Below, piece by piece: positions 35,949-43,775 of a stretch of 64,000 bases of DNA. The translations under genes and the position numbers were made by a program. Source of the stretch: a virus; IMG/VR virus record IMGVR_UViG_3300036766_000032, positions 11,897 through 75,896 of that record; one strand, written 5' to 3'. The notes below the pieces were generated by a model. It searched no databases, was not told the origin of the DNA, and was given only the letters and a program-made list of their open reading frames with translations. Every line of letters begins with the position of its first letter. Position 1 is the stretch's first letter.

Positions 35949-36328
35949 ACGCGCACCCGAAGCGTCTTGAAGTTTAGTGACAGCTTCGGGCGATAATTTG
36001 CATCGTACCCTAACGGAGTCGGTCCGCTGCTCACGTAGACGAACGTGGAGTTTGGCAGGGCGGAGTCGTTAAGCGCTGCGAACACTCCGTCTAGCTTGGT
36101 CCGAGCATCTTCATACCTGTACGCCGCTGCGCGGACCTGTATCTGAAACGTTATCTCATCCACCCGCGTACCTTCCGTCTGGTCCGCTGGTTCGCCCCCC
36201 GTCTCTGTTACGGCTACCGCTTGATCCGGATCGGGAGGTAGGTAGCCGAGGAATAGCGTCCAGCCGGTTACACCGCCGACGACTCCCGCATTGACCAGAA
36301 CAGTTTGAATGTCCGTCAGGAGACTCAC
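35945..36328 (-). CDS. Tail terminator
   Basis: F.G..P..PD..V...ETGG, QIQVRA, LG.D.N.R; synteny. Confidence 0.8.
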   Translation of the reverse strand: MSLLTDIQTVLVNAGVVGGVTGWTLFLGYLPPDPDQAVAVTETGGEPADQTEGTRVDEITFQIQVRAAAYRYEDARTKLDGVFAALNDSALPNSTFVYVSSGPTPLGYDANYRPKLSLNFKTLRVRV

Positions 36329-36702
36329 TTCTTGCCCCCTCGAATGTCATTAAGAAGCTCCCGCTGAGCCTCCCGATAAGGACGTCCCAGATAGTCCGCT
36401 TGACCGACCTTGTGCTCCGCCAAGGCGTCCTCGTGGACGAACACGGCATAGGGTGCGGCGGGTCCGCCGTAGCCTAGCTCTACAGTAAACCGCTCCCCCT
36501 GTTCGCGGACTTGCACACTGCCAGAATCCTTCAGAGCTCCAGTGAGTACCGGGACCAGCTTCTTAGATTTCGCCATGATCTTCTCTCCGTGCTGATACAG
36601 CAATCGGCAGATGCGCTTATATTCAGAAGTCGCGCGTTTAGTCATAGCCACCTGTAATCGATCCGGGGCGAGGAGGGTCAGCGTAACGACGGGCTTAGCC
36701 AT
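36325..36702 (-). CDS. Neck / HK97 gp10-like protein
   Basis: VPV.TGAL..S, YA..VHE, GQA.YL..P. Confidence 0.85.
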   Translation of the reverse strand: MAKPVVTLTLLAPDRLQVAMTKRATSEYKRICRLLYQHGEKIMAKSKKLVPVLTGALKDSGSVQVREQGERFTVELGYGGPAAPYAVFVHEDALAEHKVGQADYLGRPYREAQRELLNDIRGGKK

Positions 36703-36707
36703 GAGCT

Positions 36708-37025
36708 CTATCCAAAGTAGATTTTGGTGTGGTGGTGCCCCACTTCATCCGACTGTCTCTCCAGCATCACAATCGCTGGAGTGCTGCCGTCTGGGAGCGT
36801 GATCCGGTCGTCCTCTTTGACCAAGACGTACACGCTCAACCAAACGTACCCATTCACCAGAATGTCCGATCCGTCGGCAGCCTTCACCTTAGACGCTTTA
36901 TGCACGACACGCGCCGAGTACGCTACTGGAGTCCCATACAGCGGTTCGCCGTGATCTGTTCTACCGATGAGCGAGGAGTGCTCTACAGTAAACGGCATCA
37001 TGTCTGCCCAGTCAGAAACCGGCAT
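36708..37025 (-). CDS. Head closure (stopper) protein
   Basis: Synteny; D.ITLPDG. Confidence 0.75.
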   Translation of the reverse strand: MPVSDWADMMPFTVEHSSLIGRTDHGEPLYGTPVAYSARVVHKASKVKAADGSDILVNGYVWLSVYVLVKEDDRITLPDGSTPAIVMLERQSDEVGHHHTKIYFG

Positions 37026-37053
37026 GGGAAGCCTCTGACCTGTACTGTGTTAG

Positions 37054-37122
37054 GACCGACCCCGCCTGACGAGTCACCATGGAGGTAGCGAAGGTCTGAC
37101 TTCTCACCAGACGGGGTCGGTT
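37054..37122. other. Long intergenic stem-loop between adaptor and stopper genes
   Basis: ACCGACCCCG(C)CTG...CAG(A)CGGGGTCGGT outer stem; followed by TTTT on the + strand. Confidence 0.65.
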
Positions 37123-37135
37123 TTCGGTTGATCGA

Positions 37136-37591
37136 TTATAGATAGTCATCATCCCGGTCCTCGTTAACTGCCGGACGAGGATTGTCATGCAGTCCTCTAC
37201 GGAAGTTCGGCTGAACTCGGTCATTGTCCCGTTCCCGCGTATCCTTGTCAGAGACACTGATGCCCCCCGAATACGGTCGTGGAGTCAGCGTACCGGCCAT
37301 CGGGTCATTGGCTGAAGCGATCAGATCCTTGGACAGTGCTAGATAGTGGTCGTACCTCTGCGAGTAGCTGATACTAAGATCGCCCACTGACCGGTCCGCT
37401 TTCCGGGCAAACTTGGCCGCGATCGCCGCCGCTACTCCGCCCGCTGCGAGTAGAGTTGTGCCGGTAGTAGTCACCGAGTACGTGATCTCTTCGTCGGAAA
37501 CCAACTGGTCAGTTGAGTCCGTATCCCCCACTAGGAAACGAACTTCGTCGACTGAAGAACTAGACGGATCGCCCGAGTATGACCACGTCAT
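37136..37591 (-). CDS. Head-tail adaptor
   Basis: WSYSGDP......VRFLVGDT.....L.SDEEI. Confidence 0.85.
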   Translation of the reverse strand: MTWSYSGDPSSSSVDEVRFLVGDTDSTDQLVSDEEITYSVTTTGTTLLAAGGVAAAIAAKFARKADRSVGDLSISYSQRYDHYLALSKDLIASANDPMAGTLTPRPYSGGISVSDKDTRERDNDRVQPNFRRGLHDNPRPAVNEDRDDDYL

Positions 37592-37602
37592 GTCGTAATC
37601 CT

Positions 37603-37902
37603 CTAGTCGTAGTACGTGACGTTAAGTATCGCCCCGGAAGCGGCCTGAATGAACTTGACCGTAGATAGATTCCCGGCATACACCATGGAGGCACCAACAG
37701 CTAGAGGCATACCCACCGTGCTAGATGGATCCACACTGTCATCCCTCCATCTAACAATCTGCGCCTCTGCCTGAATGACCGCGATCCGTGCAAAAGACGG
37801 AACCGTTAGACCGACTGCTGACGACAACGAGGTAATCTGCTGATAGCCCTTCGGCTTACGACTTGCGTCAATTGAATAGACGCGGCGCTTGTCTGCACTC
37901 AT
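37603..37902 (-). CDS. Hypothetical virion protein
   Basis: GYQQITSLS.A..LTVP, VRWRDD...P....G; late-operon position. Confidence 0.65.
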   Translation of the reverse strand: MSADKRRVYSIDASRKPKGYQQITSLSSAVGLTVPSFARIAVIQAEAQIVRWRDDSVDPSSTVGMPLAVGASMVYAGNLSTVKFIQAASGAILNVTYYD

Positions 37903-37903
37903 C

Positions 37904-38266
37904 TCATCCTCCTGTTAGTGGTCCCATAGGACTCTTCAACACCAGTCTCAGAATAACTCCAACCAAACCACTGACAAGACCCAGCATAACAGTGACCACC
38001 AGAATTCCTATCTTGAACCACCGTGAACTCTCTTCCTTTACTGTGGTCTTGATGTCTGCCTGAATCCCGTTTACAGACAGCCGTATGTCGGACCTGACTT
38101 CCTCAAAGTTATTTTGAATCTGTGCGTATCGCTCGGTACACACTTTCTCATGCCCTTCAATCTTAACCAACGACGTGGTCGCGATCTCTAATGCCCGTGT
38201 ATCTACCGACGACTGGCGCCGATCTTGGTGGTCAGCCAGCGTCACGAACTTCATCCGGCGTAGCAT
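37904..38266 (-). CDS. Coiled-coil protein with C-terminal transmembrane helix
   Basis: HEKVCTERY; hydrophobic C-terminus; start uncertain. Confidence 0.6.
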   Translation of the reverse strand: MLRRMKFVTLADHQDRRQSSVDTRALEIATTSLVKIEGHEKVCTERYAQIQNNFEEVRSDIRLSVNGIQADIKTTVKEESSRWFKIGILVVTVMLGLVSGLVGVILRLVLKSPMGPLTGG

Positions 38267-38720
38267 CTACTTCTACGATGTCCGCGAAGTTGACTTCCCA
38301 CTCGTCCTCGCCGACTGTAACTTCCGCGGTCTTGGCCGCACGAACAACTCGCTTCACGGTCCCAACTTGCTGCACTCCATCCGTCAGAAACGCAACGACT
38401 ACACCCTTGCGAAGCTTCTTAAGTACATCTGCTGAGACTGTCCCCGAATCTGGTGCTTGATTAGAGTCCAGTACTGCTTGCACAGCCCCATCACCACCTT
38501 TCTTCCTTCCTTCCAAAACGTCAATGCGAGCTTCCAATTCAATAAGCTTGTTCCACACCCCATTCTCGTCAGTGAACTCCTCAACGGTACGGGAACCAAT
38601 CAAAGCGTTCTGGACCGACGGAGAGATCGCAGCCCATTCGGACTCACTTAGCGTGTCCTGCAGAGCACGACGATTCTTCCCGCCGATCCGAACATTTTTC
38701 AAACACCGAATCACCTTCAT
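38232..38720 (-). CDS. Hypothetical protein
   Basis: GGAGGAGG RBS. Confidence 0.65.
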   Translation of the reverse strand: MKVIRCLKNVRIGGKNRRALQDTLSESEWAAISPSVQNALIGSRTVEEFTDENGVWNKLIELEARIDVLEGRKKGGDGAVQAVLDSNQAPDSGTVSADVLKKLRKGVVVAFLTDGVQQVGTVKRVVRAAKTAEVTVGEDEWEVNFADIVEVDATPDEVRDAG

Positions 38721-38753
38721 TTGACAGCCTCCTCCGATCCGATTAAAGACTGA

Positions 38754-39008
38754 TTATGCACTAGTGACCAACTTCCAGACTGGACTCGCCTTCGTCCCTC
38801 CATTGAGATACAGCTTCATGTTAGTCGTATCCGTACACTCAGAACCCGGTCCGGCCCATCCTGCACCCGTGCCAGTACCCGCTACACCGTTCGCCGGAAT
38901 GCCCACATTCGTGAACTTCCAAACACCTACTCCGATCTGGACACCTCCTTGGAAACTGCCAGCGCCCTTCGGTCCACTTGAAGAACGACGCTTCGTTGTC
39001 GCTACCAT
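38754..39008 (-). CDS. Small Gly-rich head-associated protein
   Basis: After capsid gene; GS...D.TN.KLY.N.GT..SP.W. Confidence 0.6.
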   Translation of the reverse strand: MVATTKRRSSSGPKGAGSFQGGVQIGVGVWKFTNVGIPANGVAGTGTGAGWAGPGSECTDTTNMKLYLNGGTKASPVWKLVTSA

Positions 39009-39036
39009 GACTTATCCTCCGTCTCGTTGTTAAGTC

Positions 39037-39060
39037 AGCGGCCCGCCTGAGAGGGCCGCT
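39037..39060 (-). terminator. GC-rich hairpin after the capsid gene (weak terminator or mRNA stabiliser)
   Basis: AGCGGCCC-N8-GGGCCGCT; no strong U tract. Confidence 0.5.
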
Positions 39061-39064
39061 AGCA

Positions 39065-40021
39065 TTACGCCACCGCGCCGCTGAAGAAGTAGCCTGCGTC
39101 CGTCATGACCACTTTCTGATCATAAGAGAACTCGCCTTCCACGCGGTCCGACTCCAGGTGTTCCATACGGAAGCGCTTAACACGCACGCCACCATTGGCA
39201 CCTGAGAACTTCGACCATGTGAACGAGTATCCTGCCGACGGAACCATCAGCCCAGGACTTGGCGCTACGAAGCACAACAGCGCATGCTTGCCAAGTACGA
39301 ACGCGTCGACGTCGGTCGCAGCGAGCTCTTCGCTCGTCGTGTAAGACGCTTGTGCTACGATGTACCGATCCACTTCGAAGAAGCGCGCCAATAACGCCGT
39401 AGTGATCGCATCCGACGTGGTGTGCTTGTACCGATCGGTTATGATCGGATGACGTTTCAAAGCTTGATGCACATCGTACCCGACCACGAGAGTGTTCGGA
39501 TTCAGACCGAGAGCCTTGCGGATCTTGGTCTTGCCAGCGTCGATGTCTGCTTCCGGGTCGGATCCACCGTCATCCCAAAGTGCGAAGTCGGTGCTGCCGG
39601 TCTTATCCGTTCCCCACACGCTGGTGGTGAAATACTTAGTTCCCCAGTTGACTTCTTTCTGGATCAGCATCTGCTGAGTGATGAACTCAGTGGCGCTGCG
39701 ATCCATGTCCAACGAAGGGTCCGCGTTGTTACGGATCTGGTCCGGAACGTCGTGGTGGAACGCGTATACCTCCGCTTTGTAAGTGTCAGTGTCCACGTTG
39801 AAGCCGCTACCGGCGGATTCAGCGCCAGGAGCACGAGGGCGCGCGTTGTTACGACGGAAGTCCCGGCTGCGATACTTGAAATAAGAATCGGACTGGAACT
39901 CCACGGGAACTGCCGGAAATACTTGCGTCGCGACGAAGTCGGATGCACTCTGAATAGCAGCGACAGCAATGTTAGTCAGTGAACGTACGACGTGCACGTC
40001 ACCTCGTGTGGGTTGCGGCAT
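39065..40021 (-). CDS. Major capsid protein (lambda gpE-like HK97 fold)
   Basis: LTN...A......FVA..VFP.VPV, PN.LV.G..V...L..HP; synteny. Confidence 0.92.
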   Translation of the reverse strand: MPQPTRGDVHVVRSLTNIAVAAIQSASDFVATQVFPAVPVEFQSDSYFKYRSRDFRRNNARPRAPGAESAGSGFNVDTDTYKAEVYAFHHDVPDQIRNNADPSLDMDRSATEFITQQMLIQKEVNWGTKYFTTSVWGTDKTGSTDFALWDDGGSDPEADIDAGKTKIRKALGLNPNTLVVGYDVHQALKRHPIITDRYKHTTSDAITTALLARFFEVDRYIVAQASYTTSEELAATDVDAFVLGKHALLCFVAPSPGLMVPSAGYSFTWSKFSGANGGVRVKRFRMEHLESDRVEGEFSYDQKVVMTDAGYFFSGAVA

Positions 40022-40080
40022 TGTTAAATCCTCCTAAATAAAGACTCAAAGTGGTTGGTGTACTTCTTCTACCTTACTGA

Positions 40081-40482
40081 TTACGCGTGTTCAACGATGA
40101 ACGTCGGGAACCCGACTGTTACCGTGGCCAGTTCCCCGGTCGCAGCACCGACGAGAACCTGTCCTGCCACGTAGTCACCAAGATCAGCGCCCGTGTACGT
40201 CTTCTCAACCTTCGTTGCCTTGCCTAGCGTGGTGGTCCCCCAGTAGTCACCGGCCACCAGAGCTTCTGCCGCCATGACCTTCGTCACTCCCAACACCATT
40301 ACTTCACCCGCCATGCCGGAGTCCGGCTTGTCTTGCAACACACCCAGCAGAACTTCACCGTCCGTGTCACAGAGCGAAAACTGATTGTCCGCCGACACCT
40401 TGACGCACTTGTACTGATTGCTCGCCATGCTGGCGTTCGCAACCAGTGCGCCGATACTGCCAATCTTCTGTTCCCATGCCAT
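40081..40482 (-). CDS. Capsid cement/decoration protein
   Basis: QY..VK, GVLQ.KP..G....V...GV.KV.A. Confidence 0.8.
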   Translation of the reverse strand: MAWEQKIGSIGALVANASMASNQYKCVKVSADNQFSLCDTDGEVLLGVLQDKPDSGMAGEVMVLGVTKVMAAEALVAGDYWGTTTLGKATKVEKTYTGADLGDYVAGQVLVGAATGELATVTVGFPTFIVEHA

Positions 40483-40539
40483 TGCGATTTCCTCTTCAGA
40501 TTGTTAAATAGACTACGCAGAATTCCGCTGTATTGACTA

Positions 40540-41499
40540 CTAGCGAACTTCGCGCTCCTGCCGTTCTTTCTTGGCGAGATCTGGGTGCTCATCCAGCGCC
40601 TTGAGGAACGCTTGCTCGATTGTGATTTTACCACCATCACGCTTACGGATTTCCTCAGCCTTGCGAGTGAGTTGATCCGTCGCCGTTGCACGATCGCCTT
40701 CAAGATCCCCACCGGCCGACCCAAGTTCCTTGAAACTCGCAGACATCCCTTTGTCCGCCGCTTTGAGAACTCGATCCAGTTCTTCATACATTGCAGTCGG
40801 CATAGCTTCCGAAGCAGACTTTAGCACCGGACCGAAGCGCGCGGGGTCCACTGACAGGTGTTTCAGATCCGCAGCTTTGGCGATGAATTCCTTCATCTTG
40901 CGTTCGTCACGCTCCTGCTTCAGTACAGCTTCCGACGTGGCGAGTGCCGCCGTGTTCGCACGGTTCTGCTTCCACAGTAGCTCCACGAACGGGCGCATTG
41001 CGACTGGGATCTTTTCCGAGTCCAATGAACCGTCTGCCTTCATCACAGCTTTACAGGCTTCATCCTCGGACAATGCCGGATCACCCTTTGCTTTCGATTC
41101 CATGGCCGCGTCCGGTTCCTTTGGCTCTTCCGGATACTTGTATCCCGCCATGTCGGCAAGTGTCTTGATGATGTCTTCCGGGAGTTCCCCTTTGACAGAC
41201 TCAAGAGCTTTGAGCGCGGTCTTGACTGCGGTCGTTGCATCTTCTGACAGACCTGCTTTCGCAAGAACTTCGGAAAACTTGACATCGGACTTGGCAACGC
41301 TTCGAAGAATCTTGAGTAAGCCACCGTTACCGGCAACCGACTTCAAGACTTCTGCGTCTTCATCTGTACTGACGTTCAAAATAACTTCGTTCATGAGACC
41401 TCCTGCGTTCTTCAGTAAAATAAATTTCCAGCGGTTTGCTGGGTGGTCAACAACCGAGACTTCTGCTACCTCCAAATCAACTAATTCTTTCTGCGGCAC
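40540..41499 (-). CDS. Scaffolding protein with an N-terminal protease strand (EVSVVDHPAN)
   Basis: Helical/acidic, between protease and cement genes. Confidence 0.8.
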   Translation of the reverse strand: MPQKELVDLEVAEVSVVDHPANRWKFILLKNAGGLMNEVILNVSTDEDAEVLKSVAGNGGLLKILRSVAKSDVKFSEVLAKAGLSEDATTAVKTALKALESVKGELPEDIIKTLADMAGYKYPEEPKEPDAAMESKAKGDPALSEDEACKAVMKADGSLDSEKIPVAMRPFVELLWKQNRANTAALATSEAVLKQERDERKMKEFIAKAADLKHLSVDPARFGPVLKSASEAMPTAMYEELDRVLKAADKGMSASFKELGSAGGDLEGDRATATDQLTRKAEEIRKRDGGKITIEQAFLKALDEHPDLAKKERQEREVR

Positions 41500-41507
41500 C
41501 GATCACC

Positions 41508-43775
41508 TCACCTAGTTAGCGGGCGGATAGCTTTTTCTGCAAGCCCGCCTATTGAGAATCCAGTCAATTCCCCTTTCTCTACTTTATTCCATGTTTCGTC
41601 GTCACTGACTTTAACGGTCATCATCCAAGATCCTTGTTTGATCTTTCTACCTTCTATAGTTAGAGAAACGGGAGCCACCCAGCTCTCAACCACGAAGCAG
41701 TGCGGATTCTGTTGGGCGTGCTGTACTCCCACTGCCCGACTCTTTACTAGATAATTGTGCGCAGCTTGTTCGATTACCTCGGAACTCGCATACTCATCTT
41801 GAGTGTCAAGTTCATCTGGCTCCATCACCAGTCCCGTGACGAGCCGCTTCTTCGCGTTCTTCGTAACGATGGTGACGTCGTTCTTGACCGTCTTCAGTTC
41901 TATTAGTTCTGGCTCGGTGCCCGGTTTCGCCCAGATGAGTTTATCGTGACCCCGTTTCTTCAGATCCGCCACAACGTCTTCAAGTTTCTGAGACTCTGCC
42001 ATCGGCGTTTGGTCAACCGGCTTACCGATCATCCACACTCTCCGTGCCGGACCCATCGGAACTGACGCAATGATATAGCGCCCATCGAGCTTGTCACCAT
42101 GTACGAACACTTCCGCGAAGTGGCGGTGTCGCACTCCCATCTGGTAAGTGCCGTGATCAAGCGCGAAGAACTTCGCATACGTGTTAGCGGTCGCGCCGAC
42201 GCCCGCTGGTTCCACAAGAAGCGGAGCGCGTACACCGACGTCGAGCCACGGCTTCGGCTGTGCCAGTTTGAACGTGCCTTGTAGTTTGTCGTCTGGTGGA
42301 AGATGCTCTAATCGGTCCCCTTTTCTATTCGCATCTGTGGTGCCTATGAACGCTGAGAAACCCCACAGAGCGTCGTCAGCTTCGAACCGCAGATCCCCGT
42401 GTACGCTGTGGTCCGTCTTCATGAGTTCCGCATCACTCAACCCAGTCTCATCCAATTCGTCATTCTTCAGCAACCCGCGCCAGTGGTGTTGATATACAAA
42501 TCGTCCGTTGCCAGACTTCGGGTAAGTCCGGAACCAGTTATCCCGCCAGAACTTCTCCGCTGACTCCCCATGCGTATCCCCCTCTTCACCGGCTGCCTTT
42601 TTGACTTCCTTGTCTTGCAACACACTCCCACGCTGCGCTATGTCGATCGCTTGCTTTGCTGCGTACGGAGCCTTGCGAGTGGGGTCTACGTCCATGACGT
42701 TAGCGCCGAGCCACACCAGAGTCTTCTTTTCTTCGTCGGGGATCAACTCAAGCACGCGAACGGTTATGATGTCACCGACCTTCGCTTTCACCTTGGTGTT
42801 GAATGACCACCCGAGGTCGACGAATCCGTCCTTCGCAAGCGTCACGTTTTCCCAGCCATCGCTGGGTGATGCGCTCAGTCCGCCGCGATAGTTGTACATA
42901 CCCCCGGCCACGTCCTTCGTGTCCAAAACCTGTACCTTCAATTCCGCCACCTTCTTGACCTTGCTCCACTCGTTGGTCTCGCCAACCGGGTAGGGTCCGC
43001 TCGCCGTCTTCGCCATCGCGCCTTCAGAGCGTGGGATGCTGTACGCCTGATGCACTGCGTCGACGAGTTTGTCGTGTGTGTCGACCCATTTCACGGGGGA
43101 CAGACGGATGAATCGGTCATCGAAGAATGAATTCGGAAGTTCTTCAAGCTGCTTACGACGTTCTACGAACGGAAGCTCTGATAGGTCATCCGCGTAGTAC
43201 GGCATGTCGAACAAGGTAACTACAGGAACTTCATTTACAACGAAGACGGGTTTATCGGAGTTGAGTCGCATCAGCTCCGGGCGCGCCAAGCGCTTCCCCT
43301 CCTTCTCTATTCCCAGATCAGCGTCAAAGATCCAGGATCCAGGTATCTTTGCAAATGCAGTCTTAAGATTCGGCAACGTCTCGAACAGATTACGGGAAGC
43401 GTTCCCTTCGGTCCACATCTTCAGTCTGTCACCCTTCTTTTCAACGATGACTCGGAACCCGTTCCACTTCGGCTCGATCGCGACTGGGAGCTTGTCCTTT
43501 GCCCAGTCCCACAGTTCGGTCGTCGAGAATATCTCAGTGAGTCCAGCGAGCGAAGGCTTGGCGGGAACGAACGGCTTGAACGGAGACATCGACTTCTGAA
43601 CTTCACGCTTCAACGTCACCAGCAACGGTCCAATCCGCCCTCCAGACTTTGACACCGCCAGTTGCTCAAGCTCATACAACTGACGAATCAAAGCGCGCGG
43701 ATCCGCTCCTGGCAGCTCAAGCTTACCAACTAGCTGGTCGATACAGTCAACGATCTCCGCAGTATCATCACGCAT
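41508..43775 (-). CDS. Fusion of ATP-dependent ligase, LigD-type 3'-phosphoesterase-like domain and XkdF-type prohead protease
   Basis: EPKWNGFR, FDAD, LFD, EGAMAK, WSKVK; FVYQHH..HGDLRFE, DHGTY, G.KL.GRY; LV.G.V.EPD..D.Q, QH, VESW, GSW, GFSIGG. Confidence 0.85.
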   Translation of the reverse strand: MRDDTAEIVDCIDQLVGKLELPGADPRALIRQLYELEQLAVSKSGGRIGPLLVTLKREVQKSMSPFKPFVPAKPSLAGLTEIFSTTELWDWAKDKLPVAIEPKWNGFRVIVEKKGDRLKMWTEGNASRNLFETLPNLKTAFAKIPGSWIFDADLGIEKEGKRLARPELMRLNSDKPVFVVNEVPVVTLFDMPYYADDLSELPFVERRKQLEELPNSFFDDRFIRLSPVKWVDTHDKLVDAVHQAYSIPRSEGAMAKTASGPYPVGETNEWSKVKKVAELKVQVLDTKDVAGGMYNYRGGLSASPSDGWENVTLAKDGFVDLGWSFNTKVKAKVGDIITVRVLELIPDEEKKTLVWLGANVMDVDPTRKAPYAAKQAIDIAQRGSVLQDKEVKKAAGEEGDTHGESAEKFWRDNWFRTYPKSGNGRFVYQHHWRGLLKNDELDETGLSDAELMKTDHSVHGDLRFEADDALWGFSAFIGTTDANRKGDRLEHLPPDDKLQGTFKLAQPKPWLDVGVRAPLLVEPAGVGATANTYAKFFALDHGTYQMGVRHRHFAEVFVHGDKLDGRYIIASVPMGPARRVWMIGKPVDQTPMAESQKLEDVVADLKKRGHDKLIWAKPGTEPELIELKTVKNDVTIVTKNAKKRLVTGLVMEPDELDTQDEYASSEVIEQAAHNYLVKSRAVGVQHAQQNPHCFVVESWVAPVSLTIEGRKIKQGSWMMTVKVSDDETWNKVEKGELTGFSIGGLAEKAIRPLTR

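Noticed and set aside
40730-41515. Long antisense ORFs (also 20566-21288, 31432-32037, 32415-33011)
   Set aside because: Shadows of well-supported minus-strand genes with no recognisable motifs
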